Shown: positions 9,426 through 20,753 of the stretch, piece by piece
How the letters are laid out: each line of letters begins with the position of its first letter
Position numbering within the stretch: the first letter of the stretch is position 1
NCBI GenBank assembly: GCA_963663225.1
Contig: OY760142.1
Location: 1,792,001-1,856,000, forward strand
DNA from: Nitrospirota bacterium
Lineage (GTDB): Bacteria; Nitrospirota; UBA9217
DNA: 64,000 nt
Direction: 5' to 3'
Made by a program: the position numbers and the translations under genes
The notes under the pieces: generated by a model
What the model saw: only the letters and a program-made list of their open reading frames with translations
Told to the model about the DNA's origin: nothing
Database searches by the model: none

Positions 9426-11435
9426 TTGAAACCAGACAAAAACCTGGAAGACTTTTTCGCCGAAGCGGAAGATATTCTGGCGTCAGCAAACCAGACACTG
9501 CTTTCAATCGAGACTGCCATGGATGAGGGCAGAACCGATCCCGATCTTGTCAATGCGCTGTTCCGTTCCGTCCATTCCTTTAAAGGGCTCGCGGGAATGT
9601 TCGAGCTGAAAGAACCGTCAACGCTTTCCCATAAACTGGAATTTTTTTTGGATGAGCTTCGTCTGGGCAAGACGAGACTGAACCGGGAAACATTCGACAC
9701 TCTTTCTGATACGCTCGCTCTGCTGAGGCGGCTGGTTCACCAGGCAGGCGCGGGGAAGGAGTCCGAGGATATTGCAGGGTTCCTCGGTCGCATTGATGGC
9801 GCCCTTGCGGTGAAAGTTTTTCCGGAGGCAGACCGGCCGCTGCAAGAAAAAATCAGCCTGGACGAGGGGATATTCCAGGTTTTGACCGAGTACGAAGAAC
9901 ACCGGTTGAAGGAGTGCGTCCGGGAACGCAAAAATCTGTTCGAGATCAAAGCGGCATTCCAGCTCAATGATTTTGAAGCGGGGATAAAGCAGCTTGCTGC
10001 AACGCTGAAAAAACATGGGGAAACCATCTGCACCCTGCCGACGGCGGGCGGGGACGGAGGGACCGGAATCGGCTTCACCATTGTTCTTGCCGCGACGGAA
10101 GACCGTGAATCGCTCGCAGCGGCACTTCCGCTGCCGAATGTAACGATCCAACAGATTGCCTATCGGGACGGACAAAAGATGGATGAGCAAAAGTCGGAAA
10201 CTGCCGCCCTGAAATCCATCAGCAATACGGTGCGGGTGGATATTTACAAACTCGACAATCTTATGAACATCGTGGGCGAGCTGCATCAAATCAAGAACAT
10301 TATGGGCAGGATTGCCAGGGAACTTCGGACCAAGGAAGGATTCATCAGCCACTCCGTGGATCTTCAGAAGGCGGAGCGCAGTCTGATACGGAAGCTGAAC
10401 GACCTTCAGTCCGGGATTCTTGAGGCCCGCATGGTCCCTATCGGCCAGATATTTACGCGCTTTTCCCAGGTGGTCAGGAAATACGCGAGAGATGCCGGCA
10501 AGGAAATCGACCTCCAGTTTTTCGGCGAGGAAACGCAGCTCGACAAACTCATGATTGAAGACCTTGCGGACCCGCTTATGCACCTCATCAGAAACGCCAT
10601 TGACCACGGCATTGAACCTCCGGATGTGCGGAGGAAGCGCGGAAAGCCGGAACAGGGAGTTGTAAAACTGACGGCGTTTCCCCGGGGAAACCAGGTTGTC
10701 ATCACGGTCGAGGACGACGGAGCGGGGATGGATCCGGAACGGATGCTGCGCACTGCCGTTGAAAAGGGGATGCTGAAACCGGATCATGGCCTTGTTCCCG
10801 AGCGAAACCACAAGGAAATTCTTGATCTGATTTTTCTTCCCGGTTTCACCACCCGCGAAACAGTAACGGAAATATCGGGGCGCGGTGTGGGCATGGATGT
10901 GGTAAAACGGAACGTTGCAAAACTTTCAGGGATCGTGGACATCTACAGTGAGTTGGAAAATGGAACGATTTTCACCCTGTTCCTCCCGATAACGCTTGCC
11001 ATCATTAAAGCACTTATCGTTGAATCGGGAGGCCAGATATTTGCCGTTCCCCTCACGTCCGTGGTCGAAATACTGCAGGTGGCGGCCCCCCAGATCGAAA
11101 CTGTGGAAGGGCAGGAAGTCATGGCTGTCAGGGAAAACACCGTGTCGCTCCTGCGGCTCGCCCGCACGTTCAATCTGCCTGAGGACCGGGAGCGCAGCGC
11201 ATTCTATGTGATTCTGGTGGGGCTGGCAGAACGGCGTCTCGGTATTATCGTTGAGGGCCTTCGGGACCAGCATGAAATCGTAATCAAGGCGCTCGGAAAG
11301 CGGTTCGCAGAAATGCAGGGGATCGCGGGGGCCACCGAACTGGGAGATCAGCGGGGCATGGTGCTTGTTCTCGATGTGGAATCACTGATAGAAGGATCGC
11401 TGAGAAAAACGGCGTCCGCCGGGCAGAAATTGTAA
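9426..11435 (+). CDS. cheA: Chemosensory histidine kinase CheA
   Basis: Hpt FRSVHSFKG, HLIRNAIDHGIE, DDGAG, SGRGVGMDVV, C-terminal CheW-like domain. Confidence 0.96.
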   Translation: MKPDKNLEDFFAEAEDILASANQTLLSIETAMDEGRTDPDLVNALFRSVHSFKGLAGMFELKEPSTLSHKLEFFLDELRLGKTRLNRETFDTLSDTLALLRRLVHQAGAGKESEDIAGFLGRIDGALAVKVFPEADRPLQEKISLDEGIFQVLTEYEEHRLKECVRERKNLFEIKAAFQLNDFEAGIKQLAATLKKHGETICTLPTAGGDGGTGIGFTIVLAATEDRESLAAALPLPNVTIQQIAYRDGQKMDEQKSETAALKSISNTVRVDIYKLDNLMNIVGELHQIKNIMGRIARELRTKEGFISHSVDLQKAERSLIRKLNDLQSGILEARMVPIGQIFTRFSQVVRKYARDAGKEIDLQFFGEETQLDKLMIEDLADPLMHLIRNAIDHGIEPPDVRRKRGKPEQGVVKLTAFPRGNQVVITVEDDGAGMDPERMLRTAVEKGMLKPDHGLVPERNHKEILDLIFLPGFTTRETVTEISGRGVGMDVVKRNVAKLSGIVDIYSELENGTIFTLFLPITLAIIKALIVESGGQIFAVPLTSVVEILQVAAPQIETVEGQEVMAVRENTVSLLRLARTFNLPEDRERSAFYVILVGLAERRLGIIVEGLRDQHEIVIKALGKRFAEMQGIAGATELGDQRGMVLVLDVESLIEGSLRKTASAGQKL

Positions 11436-11501
11436 AAACGAAAAACGTGTCGTCTGTGAATTCCGACAGCTTGCCGCAGAATGCCGTTTACCGGGGCTTT
11501 C

Positions 11502-12293
11502 ATGTATAAAGAGTTTTACGGATTGGCTGAAAAACCATTTAACAAAACGCCGGATCCGCGTTTTCTGTACCAGAGCAGAAAACATGCAGAGGCGCTGGCG
11601 CGGCTGCAGCATGCGGTTGAAGAGCAGGACATTGTGCTGCTCACCGGCGAAATCGGATCGGGCAAAACCACGCTTTCCCGCGCCCTGATCGATTCGCTGG
11701 ATGATTCCTGCCAGCCCGTGCTGATTGTGAACCCCTGCCTGTCGCCGCTGCAACTTCTGCAGACGGTCGCCCTCCGGCTCGGCATACAGGGTGCGGGACG
11801 GTACCGGAACGACATCCTTGAGGGAATCAATGCGAAGCTCTATGAACTGTACGAAACAGGCAGGCAGCCCGTAATCATTATTGACGAATCGCAGCTTATC
11901 CCGGGCAAGGCAACCTTCGAGGAACTCAGGTTGCTGACGAACTTTCAGCTTGACGATCGGAATCTTACGGCACTCATCCTGATCGGACAGACTGAATTGC
12001 GAAAACGCCTGGAGCGCAGCCCATACCGGGCGCTTCGGCAGAGAATCAGCATGCAGTATCATCTCGGACCGCTTGATCAGGAAGAAACAGCCGCATATGT
12101 TCGCCACCGGCTGAAAATCGCGGGCAGGGAACAGCCGCTGTTCAGCGAGGAGGCGCTTGCGCTTCTGTGCAGACATTCGGAGGGCATTCCCCGTCTGATC
12201 AACATTATTGCCGGGAACGCACTCATTGAGGGTTTCGGCAGAGGGTCTGAACACATCGGACCCGAGATCATAGAAAGCGTTGTGATGGAATAA
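11502..12293 (+). CDS. ExeA/GspA-like AAA ATPase, ATPase domain only
   Basis: MYKEFYGLAEKPF..TPDPRFLY start, GEIGSGKT Walker A, IIIDE Walker B, LILIGQ, GIPRLIN. Confidence 0.9.
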   Translation: MYKEFYGLAEKPFNKTPDPRFLYQSRKHAEALARLQHAVEEQDIVLLTGEIGSGKTTLSRALIDSLDDSCQPVLIVNPCLSPLQLLQTVALRLGIQGAGRYRNDILEGINAKLYELYETGRQPVIIIDESQLIPGKATFEELRLLTNFQLDDRNLTALILIGQTELRKRLERSPYRALRQRISMQYHLGPLDQEETAAYVRHRLKIAGREQPLFSEEALALLCRHSEGIPRLINIIAGNALIEGFGRGSEHIGPEIIESVVME

Positions 12294-12347
12294 AGGAAAA
12301 GCGAGGAGCGCCGGACCGGGACATCAGCGGCGCCGGAGCTGAGCTGT

Positions 12348-13007
12348 ATGGACATATTGAAAGCAAGAAAAAAAGCCGCCGAACAAAAGCGAAGCCGGAA
12401 AAAAACGGAACCGGAGCCTGCCGCCGAACCTCAGCGGCCGCAGGAAGAAACAGCCTATCCCGCTGAGCCGCGGGCAGACTCTCACCCGGTTGCCGACAAA
12501 AACGCGGGTCTTCCCGGCATGTCAGAACCGGCTGCAGAAGCTCCCGTGGAAGAACCAGCCTCGTCCGACTCCAAGGGAGAAGAGGCACAGGAAGAGATCG
12601 ATCTCCTTTCATTCCGTTTGGGCGGGGAGTCATACGCGCTGCTGGTAAAAGACGTTCGGGAAGTGCTGAAAGTCCGTTCTCTGACGCCGGTGCCGAATGC
12701 GCCTTCGTATATTATTGGCGTGACCGGGCTCAGAGGCGCAGTGTTGCCGGTGATCGACCTCTGCGCGCGGTTCGGTCTTGTTCCCGGTGTGCGGGATGAA
12801 AAATCCAGAATCATCGTCGTGGGCTCCTCTGAGGAAGACGTGGGACTTGTCGTGGATCGGGTAACGGGGGTTCTGAGAATCATGCCCGACGAAATCAGGC
12901 CAACGCCTGAACACGTCGAGCAGGGAGCGGCATTCCTGCGCGGGATCGTCCGAAAAGACGAAAAATTGTACATTCTTCTGGACCTCGAAAAGGCGGTTGC
13001 AGCATGA
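12348..13007 (+). CDS. cheW: CheW with acidic/Pro-rich N-terminal extension
   Basis: TPVPNAPSYIIGVTGLRGAVLPVIDL; GLVVDRV. Confidence 0.92.
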   Translation: MDILKARKKAAEQKRSRKKTEPEPAAEPQRPQEETAYPAEPRADSHPVADKNAGLPGMSEPAAEAPVEEPASSDSKGEEAQEEIDLLSFRLGGESYALLVKDVREVLKVRSLTPVPNAPSYIIGVTGLRGAVLPVIDLCARFGLVPGVRDEKSRIIVVGSSEEDVGLVVDRVTGVLRIMPDEIRPTPEHVEQGAAFLRGIVRKDEKLYILLDLEKAVAA

Positions 13008-13135
13008 CCTGCGGAGAAGTCCGGACAACTGAATACCAGCGGCTGCATGATTGCAGCGGAAAACAACACAGGGAAGAAAAAGCGGCCTGTCAATCTTAAT
13101 TCACAAGGAGCGAACGCGGGAGCGAAGGTGAGCCT

Positions 13136-15226
13136 ATGAAAACATTAATTGACATGAATTTAAAGACACGCGCGGTGCTGCTGACGGCGGGAATCCTCCT
13201 GCTCGTTCTGGTGTTTAACACCCTGGTCAATATTACTGCGGCTACGAACAAGTACCGGGAGGCCCTGATCGCGCGGGCCACCGCGCTTGCAGAAGAGATT
13301 CGAAAAGATGTGTCAAAGGCGACGGCAGACGGCACTTCGTTGAGTGAGTTGGAAGAGATGGGAGCGCGGTTGCGACTGCTGATTGCCGAGGACCATGACC
13401 TCGCGGGTGCCAGGGTGTTGGATGCGAACGGAAGAGTGCTGTATGCCAGCGACCAGACGCCTGAAAACACGGTGCCGGGAGACGCAGCGAACAAGAAAGC
13501 GCTCGCGGCAAACGCTCCTCAATTGGAATATTACACAGACAACGCCGGAGGACGGTATGAAAAAATCATTCCTTTGAACGGTCCTGACGGGAAAAAAATC
13601 GGAGTGTTTGTGATAGCGATCAAGGAGGATGCGGTAAAGCGCCCGGCAGAAAGCATGCTTCTGCGGTCGCTGCTTGTCGGATTCATCAGTTTTGTGATTG
13701 CCATGGCCCTGATGTATTATTTTGCCAACCGGGGGATGCTGCCCATCGTCGAGATGGCAAAAAGCGCCAGCAAGATGGCGGCCGGCGACCTTTCGAGCAC
13801 CATTGAGGTCAAGGGCAAAACAGAGGTGACCAACCTGGTCAACGCAATCAATACGATGTCGGCGAACCTCAAAGAGATGCTCAGAAAGATCAGAGTGACC
13901 TGCGTTGGTTTGAACGATGCCATGAACCTGGTGAGCGGCGCCGCGCGCAAAATGAGCAAAGGCGCGCAGACCCAGCAGGAGGCGACCGATCAGGCAGCAA
14001 AGGTCGTGAATGAAATGGTCGCGTCCATCCGCGAGGTTGCCGGGGGAACTGATGAAATGTCCCACGCGGCCATGAACGCCTCGTCGTCCGCATCGGAAAT
14101 GGCGTCGTCCATAGAAGAAGTCGCACGGAACACCGGAACGCTAGCCGCGGCGGTTGAAGAGACGGCCTCCTCCGTCGGGCAGATGATCGCCTCCATCAAA
14201 CAAGTGTCGGAAAATACAGACGCAGTCGCCGCGTCCGCCGAACAGACATCATCCGCCATTACCCAGATGAGCGTTTCGGTGAGAGAGATCGAGCAGCGTG
14301 CGCGGGATTCCGCGCGACTGGCGGCAAAGGTGTCGCAGGATGCCTCGGAGCGGGGCATGGTCGCCGCCGCGGAGGCAATCAAAGGCATGCAGCATATCAA
14401 GGAAGCCGTGGAAGCCACTGCTTCCGTGCTGAACCGTCTCGGAACGCGTTCGCAGGAAATCGGCCAGATTCTGAAGGTCATTGACGACGTGACCGACCAG
14501 ACGAGCCTGCTGGCCCTGAATGCCGCCATTCTGGCCGCGCAGGCAGGAGACCGCGGCAGGGGATTTGCCGTCGTGGCTGATGAAATCAAAGACCTGGCGG
14601 AGCGCACCGCGTCATCCACTCAGGAGATCGCCGGACTTATTGCCTCGGTGCAGGAGGAAGCCGCCGAGAGCGTCCATGCCATGGACAAAGGGCTCAAGGC
14701 CGTGGAGGCGGGTTTTTCCCTGGTGAATGTGACCAGTGAAGTTCTGCAGCAGGTCGCGGACAGTTCGCGGCAGTCAACGGAGACCGCCCGAGCAATTGAA
14801 AAAACCACCGCAGAGCAGGCAAAGAGCGTATCGCAGATTACGGAATCCTCGGTGGGGATTGCGGGGCAGCTCGACCAGATTGCCCGCGCGTTGCAGGAAC
14901 AGCGCGCAGGAAGCGAACGGATAGCGCAGGCCGCGGAGCGCATGCGTGAAGTCACCCGCCAGGTGAAAATAGCCACGCAGGAACAGACTACGGGCGGCAG
15001 GCAGATCGCCGACGCGGTGGAATCAGTGACGGCCCAGGCCGGGCAGATTGCCCGCACGACGGCGGAGCAGAACACGGGGACCCAGCAGATAAACGAAACC
15101 ATCAACCGCATCCAGGGTATAACCCGGGACAGCATGGATGTGTCCATTGAGATGGAAATGGCCGTGCAGGTGATCAAGGAAAAGGTGGTTGCGCTTCAAG
15201 CCGAGTTGGATGGTTTTAAATATTAA
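13136..15226 (+). CDS. Methyl-accepting chemotaxis protein (2TM, HAMP, long signalling domain)
   Basis: Hairpin tip [30 protein letters not shown]; two TM helices; HAMP. Confidence 0.95.
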   Translation: MKTLIDMNLKTRAVLLTAGILLLVLVFNTLVNITAATNKYREALIARATALAEEIRKDVSKATADGTSLSELEEMGARLRLLIAEDHDLAGARVLDANGRVLYASDQTPENTVPGDAANKKALAANAPQLEYYTDNAGGRYEKIIPLNGPDGKKIGVFVIAIKEDAVKRPAESMLLRSLLVGFISFVIAMALMYYFANRGMLPIVEMAKSASKMAAGDLSSTIEVKGKTEVTNLVNAINTMSANLKEMLRKIRVTCVGLNDAMNLVSGAARKMSKGAQTQQEATDQAAKVVNEMVASIREVAGGTDEMSHAAMNASSSASEMASSIEEVARNTGTLAAAVEETASSVGQMIASIKQVSENTDAVAASAEQTSSAITQMSVSVREIEQRARDSARLAAKVSQDASERGMVAAAEAIKGMQHIKEAVEATASVLNRLGTRSQEIGQILKVIDDVTDQTSLLALNAAILAAQAGDRGRGFAVVADEIKDLAERTASSTQEIAGLIASVQEEAAESVHAMDKGLKAVEAGFSLVNVTSEVLQQVADSSRQSTETARAIEKTTAEQAKSVSQITESSVGIAGQLDQIARALQEQRAGSERIAQAAERMREVTRQVKIATQEQTTGGRQIADAVESVTAQAGQIARTTAEQNTGTQQINETINRIQGITRDSMDVSIEMEMAVQVIKEKVVALQAELDGFKY

Positions 15227-15365
15227 TCAGAGAACAGCGGATGCGGGACGGCCTGGCTGCGCGCAGGCGGGCCGGATACAGTCAATCTGACGCGGTGTTT
15301 CCTGCGACCATGGTTTTTTACCGCTCCGGCACCAGACCGCAGAAGGGTATTTCAAGGGAGGCCCT

Positions 15366-18161
15366 GTGAATATCGGCTTACGACAGAGACTGATTGTTTT
15401 AATTTTCTCCGGGCTTGTAGTGGCCATGGCAGCGATCGGAGTGTACCGGTACTTCATGGAGAAACAGGTCATTCTGAACATGACCCGCGCGGAGGGAGAG
15501 CGCTCCTGCAAACTCATGGCAGATATTGCCGTGCCGTATCTGCAGACATCGGATATTCATGGCCTGCTTGCTGTTACGCAAAAATTTTTGCGCACACCCG
15601 ATATTCTGGAAATTACCGTTCGGGACAAGGAAGGACGGCGTCTCGCGTATGTCACCAAGCAGGCCGTTCCGAACAACGCCATTACTGTCGGACCGGTTCC
15701 GGTTCTGTTCGATACAACGAAGCTCGGCGAGGTCAGCATGTCGGTTTACCCGGAGAAGATGGGAGACAGGCTCAAAGTATATGCTCTCAGCGCGTTGGTC
15801 GAAAACTTTTTCATCTTTGTGGTCCTGGCGGGCATTCTGGCGGTATTCATAACCCGCTCTATCACGAAACCGGTGAAGGAGCTTCGCAATGCCGTAAAAG
15901 AGCTGATCGACCAGAAAGATTTCACCCGGCGAGTAAAGGCGCACGGCCGTGACGAAATCGGGGAGCTTGCAACCGGAATAAATTACCTTATCGAGCGACT
16001 GGAGCAATTCATCGTCGAGATGAGCGATATCTCCGCGCGGATCAGCACGGTGAGCCCGGAACTGGTCCGGGAGGCGGGCGAAGCGAAAAAAAACGCGGAA
16101 GGCGCGGCCGAAGCCATCGCAGATGTTTCTTCTTCGGTTGAGGCGATGTCCGCGTCCCTGCAGTCCTTCTCGGAGACCGCGGAGAGTCTTTCCGCTTCGG
16201 CGGAAGAATCGTCATCCGCCATTCTGGAAATGAATGCGTCGAACCAGGAAGTTGCCGGCCACACGAACGAGCTTACCGCGTCCGTGGAAGACGTGACCGC
16301 GTCGGTGGCGGAAATGATTGCATCCATCCGTGAGGTCGGCGGCCACGTGGAGAGCCTCACCGCGGCGGCGGAACAGACGTCCGCCTCGGCAGTCGAAATC
16401 GAAGCCACGGTCCGTGAGGTCGAAGGGGCGGCGAAAGAGTCGTCATCGCTGTCCCAGCTTGTTTCCCGTGAAGCACAGGAAATCGGCGTCAAATCCATCC
16501 GGGAAACGGGAAAAGCCATCGACACGATCAAGGACGCCGTCAACCGCTATTCCGGTCTGGTGGCAAAGCTTGGACAGCGTTCAGTCGAAATCGGAAAAAT
16601 ACTGAACGTCATCGTGGAAGTGACGGAAAAAACAAACCTGCTTGCGTTGAATGCTTCCATTCTCGCGGCACAGGCGGGCGAACACGGCAGAGGGTTCAGC
16701 GTGGTGGCCGAAGAAATTAAGGCTCTTGCCGACCGCACGGCGGTTTCCGCGCAGGACATTGCAAAGCTCATTGCCGCGGTACAGAAGGAAGCCAAAGAGG
16801 CCGTGGCGGCAATGGCGGACAGCCTTGCGGCGGTAGAAGAAGGGGTGCAGCGATCCCGGGCGGCCGGTGCGGCATTGGACAAAATCCTGGCGACGTCCAC
16901 GCAATCCTCCGAAATGACAGCCATGATTGAGCGCGCAATGAACGAACAGGCGCGGGGAATCAAGCAGGTAAGTGAAGCCATCGCGAATGTAAAGCAGATG
17001 TCGGCGCAGATCATGGCCGCGACGCAGGCCCAGAGCAAGGGCACGGAGATGATACTCCAGAGCGCGGAGAGCATGCGGGACATCGCGCGTCATGTACGGA
17101 GCGCCATGGCCGAACAGACGCGCGGCGGAAAGCAGATCGCCGCCGCAGCTGAAAGCGTGACGGCGCATGCCGGGTCCATTGCGGCAGGCACCTGGGAACA
17201 GCGCCAGTCAGTGGCCAAAATCCAGGAATCCGTCAAAAAGATTCAGGACCTTCCCCGCCAGAGCGCTCGCCGTGTGGAAAGCATGGCAGCCTCCGTTGAG
17301 ACCCTGGGAGAGCAGGCAGCTCTGCTGAACCGGGAAATCGTCACCATGACGGTCCGGCGCGGGCGCCGATACATCGAAGGCGGCGCCTTGAAGATGGGCA
17401 TTGTTCCTCTCGACAACCCCGCAGAGATGCTTCGCCGTTTTACGCCGGTTGCGGAATATCTCTCCCGTACTCTCGCCAGAAAAGTGGAACTCTCCGTTGC
17501 CATGGACTTTGCACAAATGCTGACCGACCTTGAAGAGGATAAGATCGATTTGGCGTTTCTTACGCCTTCCCTGTATATCGAAGCGCAGAAAAAGGCAGGA
17601 GTGTCCCTGCTCGTCAAGGCGCTGCAAAACGGGGTCCCTTACACCCACGCGGCCATTGTTGCCCATGCCGACCGTCCCCTTGCCCGACTGGAGGACATCA
17701 AGGGAAAACGGTTCGCGTTCGGCAGCAGAAAGTCGACATTGACCCATCTGGTTCCCCGCGCCATGCTCGCTGAAGCGGGCGTCGGCCTCAGCGATATGCG
17801 AGAATTCGCCTTCCTCGGCCAGCAGGAAGCCATAGCAAAAGCCATCATTGCCGGAGAATACGATGCCGGCGGCATGTCCGAATCCACGGCAAAAATGTTT
17901 GAGGACCGGGGGCTGATAATTCTGAAGACCTCCATTGATGTCCCGGAAAAAAACATCTGCATTTCCAGACATCTGGATAAAAATACCAGCGATCTAATTA
18001 AGCAGGCGCTGCTGGCCCTGAACCGTGGACAAGAGGCGCACGCGACGATTCTGGGCAGCATAAATCCGAATTACTCCGGGTTTGAACCGGCGAGCGATGA
18101 AGAATATGACGGTGTCAGAAGGCTGCTTGCTAAGATACAGGAAACGGACACACAAGACTAA
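15366..18161 (+). CDS. MCP fused to a C-terminal PhnD/PtxB-like substrate-binding domain
   Basis: [30 protein letters not shown] tip; from aa ~675 [50 protein letters not shown]. Confidence 0.9.
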   Translation: MNIGLRQRLIVLIFSGLVVAMAAIGVYRYFMEKQVILNMTRAEGERSCKLMADIAVPYLQTSDIHGLLAVTQKFLRTPDILEITVRDKEGRRLAYVTKQAVPNNAITVGPVPVLFDTTKLGEVSMSVYPEKMGDRLKVYALSALVENFFIFVVLAGILAVFITRSITKPVKELRNAVKELIDQKDFTRRVKAHGRDEIGELATGINYLIERLEQFIVEMSDISARISTVSPELVREAGEAKKNAEGAAEAIADVSSSVEAMSASLQSFSETAESLSASAEESSSAILEMNASNQEVAGHTNELTASVEDVTASVAEMIASIREVGGHVESLTAAAEQTSASAVEIEATVREVEGAAKESSSLSQLVSREAQEIGVKSIRETGKAIDTIKDAVNRYSGLVAKLGQRSVEIGKILNVIVEVTEKTNLLALNASILAAQAGEHGRGFSVVAEEIKALADRTAVSAQDIAKLIAAVQKEAKEAVAAMADSLAAVEEGVQRSRAAGAALDKILATSTQSSEMTAMIERAMNEQARGIKQVSEAIANVKQMSAQIMAATQAQSKGTEMILQSAESMRDIARHVRSAMAEQTRGGKQIAAAAESVTAHAGSIAAGTWEQRQSVAKIQESVKKIQDLPRQSARRVESMAASVETLGEQAALLNREIVTMTVRRGRRYIEGGALKMGIVPLDNPAEMLRRFTPVAEYLSRTLARKVELSVAMDFAQMLTDLEEDKIDLAFLTPSLYIEAQKKAGVSLLVKALQNGVPYTHAAIVAHADRPLARLEDIKGKRFAFGSRKSTLTHLVPRAMLAEAGVGLSDMREFAFLGQQEAIAKAIIAGEYDAGGMSESTAKMFEDRGLIILKTSIDVPEKNICISRHLDKNTSDLIKQALLALNRGQEAHATILGSINPNYSGFEPASDEEYDGVRRLLAKIQETDTQD

Positions 18162-18241
18162 CGACTGCTGCAGCCCCCCGCACGGCACGGTGGTACCGGA
18201 TCCGGGGAACAGAATTTTTTGCAGCATCAGAGGCAAGGACC

Positions 18242-18775
18242 GTGAGACGTACTTTGGCCAGAGATAAAAAACCAGTGGTTACGGACGACGCCATGCAGGT
18301 TGTGACCTTTCAGATAGGCGTCGAGGAGTATGGACTCGATATCCAGTTCATAACCGAGATCATCCGTCCGCTCAAGATCACGCCGCTTCCCCATATGCCG
18401 GAATTCGTCGAAGGGGTGATCAATCTCCGGGGGACCGTCATTCCCATCATTGATTTGCGGAAACGTTTTTTGCCGGGCGCGGCTGTCCCGAACCCAAAGA
18501 CCATGCGCATGGTCATTCTCCGGGGTGCCGTCCCCGCCTTGTCGGGGACAGCCAGAGACCTGGTCGGATTTATTGTGGATGCGGCGAAGGAAGTCCTCAG
18601 CATACCGCGCAAGGACATCGATTCAGCGCCACCGCGCGCGGTTGGTCGTGATGTCGAATTCATTGCCGGGATGGGCAAGGTAGGCGGCCGTCTCATTGTA
18701 CTTCTCGACAGCAGCAAGATTCTGAGCCAGCAGGAAGGGTCAGCCCTGGCGGAGGTCGGAAATGCCGGATATTGA
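18242..18775 (+). CDS. cheW: CheW
   Basis: ITPLPHMPEFVEGVINLRGTVIPIIDLRKRF. Confidence 0.93.
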   Translation: MRRTLARDKKPVVTDDAMQVVTFQIGVEEYGLDIQFITEIIRPLKITPLPHMPEFVEGVINLRGTVIPIIDLRKRFLPGAAVPNPKTMRMVILRGAVPALSGTARDLVGFIVDAAKEVLSIPRKDIDSAPPRAVGRDVEFIAGMGKVGGRLIVLLDSSKILSQQEGSALAEVGNAGY

Positions 18776-20753
18776 ACGGCTTGGTGAAAAACTCGCGAGC
18801 AGGAACGTTGAAGAGCGGCGTGAGGCAACCGTGGAGCTTGGCCGAGGGGGACAGTCTGCGGTTTCCCTGCTCTTTCGCGCCATGGCGGACGTTGACTGGC
18901 GGGTGAGGAAGACCGCGGTCGAAGCCATCGTATCGATCGGCGGTGAAAACGTTGTAAACAGGCTGCTCCGGTCCCTGAGTGCTCAGGACAATGCGGGAAC
19001 GCGGAATTCCGCCATTGAGGCCCTTGTCCAGATCGGAAAACCGGCGGTCCCCGCACTGTTCCCCATGCTGGAAACCCCCGATGCCGACGTCCGCAAGTTT
19101 GTCGTTGACATCCTCGGCGATATCGCCGATCCTCGCTCGCTGCAGGCCCTGGTGGAAAAACTTGACGATGCGGATGAAAATATCCGGGTGGCTGCCGCGG
19201 AAGCTCTCGGCAAGCTGCGCGACCCGCGGGCTGTAGACGCACTGCTTGCCTGTCTTGGCCGTTCAGATCAGGGCTGGCTGGACTATGCCGCGGCGGAGGC
19301 GCTGGGGTCGATCGGCGATGAACGCGCGCTCGAACCGCTGCTGGCTGCCCTGAACCGGCCGGGTCTCCGGGAGCCGGTCATCGGGTCGCTCGGCAGGGTC
19401 GGCAATGTGCATACCCTTGCCCCCCTGATCGCCGGCCTTGCCGATTCCCTCCGGATTGTTCGCGAGGCGTCGTGCATGGCGCTTGCCGCAATTGCAGAAA
19501 AGAGCAGCGAGCAGGAGCAACAGACCGTACGGGAAACCGTGCGCAGCGCCATGAGCGGACAGGCAGCGGACTTTCTGGAGGAGATGCTCGCCACAAGCAC
19601 GGGCGGTCTTCAGAAAGCGGTGATCTCCCTTCTTGGCTGGGGCGGGAAGGAGAGTTCGATTCGCAGGCTGCTGTCGCTGCTGACGGAGGAGGAATTTGAA
19701 GAACCGGTGGCACAGTCGCTCCGGTTCCTTGAGAGAAACCAGGCGCCTTTGTTGTTCGATCATCTCGCCAGTGCGAATGCGCTGGTACGGCGTACTGTTG
19801 CGCGTGTTTTGGGAGATATCCGCAGTCTCGAAGCTGAGATGCCGCTGCTCAACCTGCTGCAGGATGAAAACGGCCATGTGCGAAGCGCCGCGGCGCTTGC
19901 GCTCGGACGGATTCAAAGCAGGCGTGCGGTCAAACCGCTGCTCGAACTGCTGATGGATGAATACGAAAGCGTGCAGGAGTCGGCGATCCACGCGCTGGCC
20001 GCCGTCGGCGATGAGTCCCTGCTGGACGAACTGACTCGGGACTTTTCAACACGGGACACTCTTTTACGCAGAAACATCGTCCTTCTTCTCGGCAGGTTTA
20101 CCGCGGACAAGGCCGTGACGGCCCTGTCTTTTGCACTGAAGGATGAAAATCCGGAGGTAAGAAAAGCGGCAGTCCATGCGCTCGGCAGCGTATCCACCGG
20201 GCAGGCTTTCAAGTCGCTCCTGTTTGCGGCCACGGACGATGATCCTGAGGTAAGGATGCTGGCGGCAGAGGCTCTTGCAGGACTGAACGCGCATGGGGCT
20301 TTTCCCGCGCTTGTTTCCCTTCTTGAAGATACCGATCTTTGGGTCCGGGCTGCTGCGGCCCGCGGACTGTGCCGGATCGGCAACGAACTGGCGGGCGAAA
20401 TCCTTCTTGCGCATTTAAAAAACGCGACAGATGTTTTTCTGTTTGCCATTGTGGAGTCGCTGGGAAAACTGAAGGTGCCCGCGGCCCGGGAACCGCTTCT
20501 TGCTCTTATCGGTCACCCGGACCCGGAGGTGCGAAGGACCGCGCTGGCGGCCCTTTCCGGCTACCGGGGGCCCGCCGTGCGGGAGGCAGTTCAGTCCTGT
20601 CTGACGGATGCTCACTGGATCGTCAGAAAGGCGGCCGTCGAAGCACTGAAGCAGGAGCAGGATTCGGTCCTTGAATCCGTCTTTGAGAAAATCGCCCTCA
20701 ACGATCCGGATGCGACCGTCCGCCAGGCGGCGAAAGAGGCATTGAAACGATAA
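18762..20753 (+). CDS. HEAT (PBS lyase-like) repeat protein
   Basis: About 20 tandem ~31 aa repeats of the type L.D....VR..AA.ALG. Confidence 0.92.
   Translation: MPDIERLGEKLASRNVEERREATVELGRGGQSAVSLLFRAMADVDWRVRKTAVEAIVSIGGENVVNRLLRSLSAQDNAGTRNSAIEALVQIGKPAVPALFPMLETPDADVRKFVVDILGDIADPRSLQALVEKLDDADENIRVAAAEALGKLRDPRAVDALLACLGRSDQGWLDYAAAEALGSIGDERALEPLLAALNRPGLREPVIGSLGRVGNVHTLAPLIAGLADSLRIVREASCMALAAIAEKSSEQEQQTVRETVRSAMSGQAADFLEEMLATSTGGLQKAVISLLGWGGKESSIRRLLSLLTEEEFEEPVAQSLRFLERNQAPLLFDHLASANALVRRTVARVLGDIRSLEAEMPLLNLLQDENGHVRSAAALALGRIQSRRAVKPLLELLMDEYESVQESAIHALAAVGDESLLDELTRDFSTRDTLLRRNIVLLLGRFTADKAVTALSFALKDENPEVRKAAVHALGSVSTGQAFKSLLFAATDDDPEVRMLAAEALAGLNAHGAFPALVSLLEDTDLWVRAAAARGLCRIGNELAGEILLAHLKNATDVFLFAIVESLGKLKVPAAREPLLALIGHPDPEVRRTALAALSGYRGPAVREAVQSCLTDAHWIVRKAAVEALKQEQDSVLESVFEKIALNDPDATVRQAAKEALKR

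Noticed and set aside
14100-17340. Internal repetitiveness of the two MCP genes as a DNA repeat element
   Set aside because: Explained by coiled-coil heptads and paralogy at the protein level
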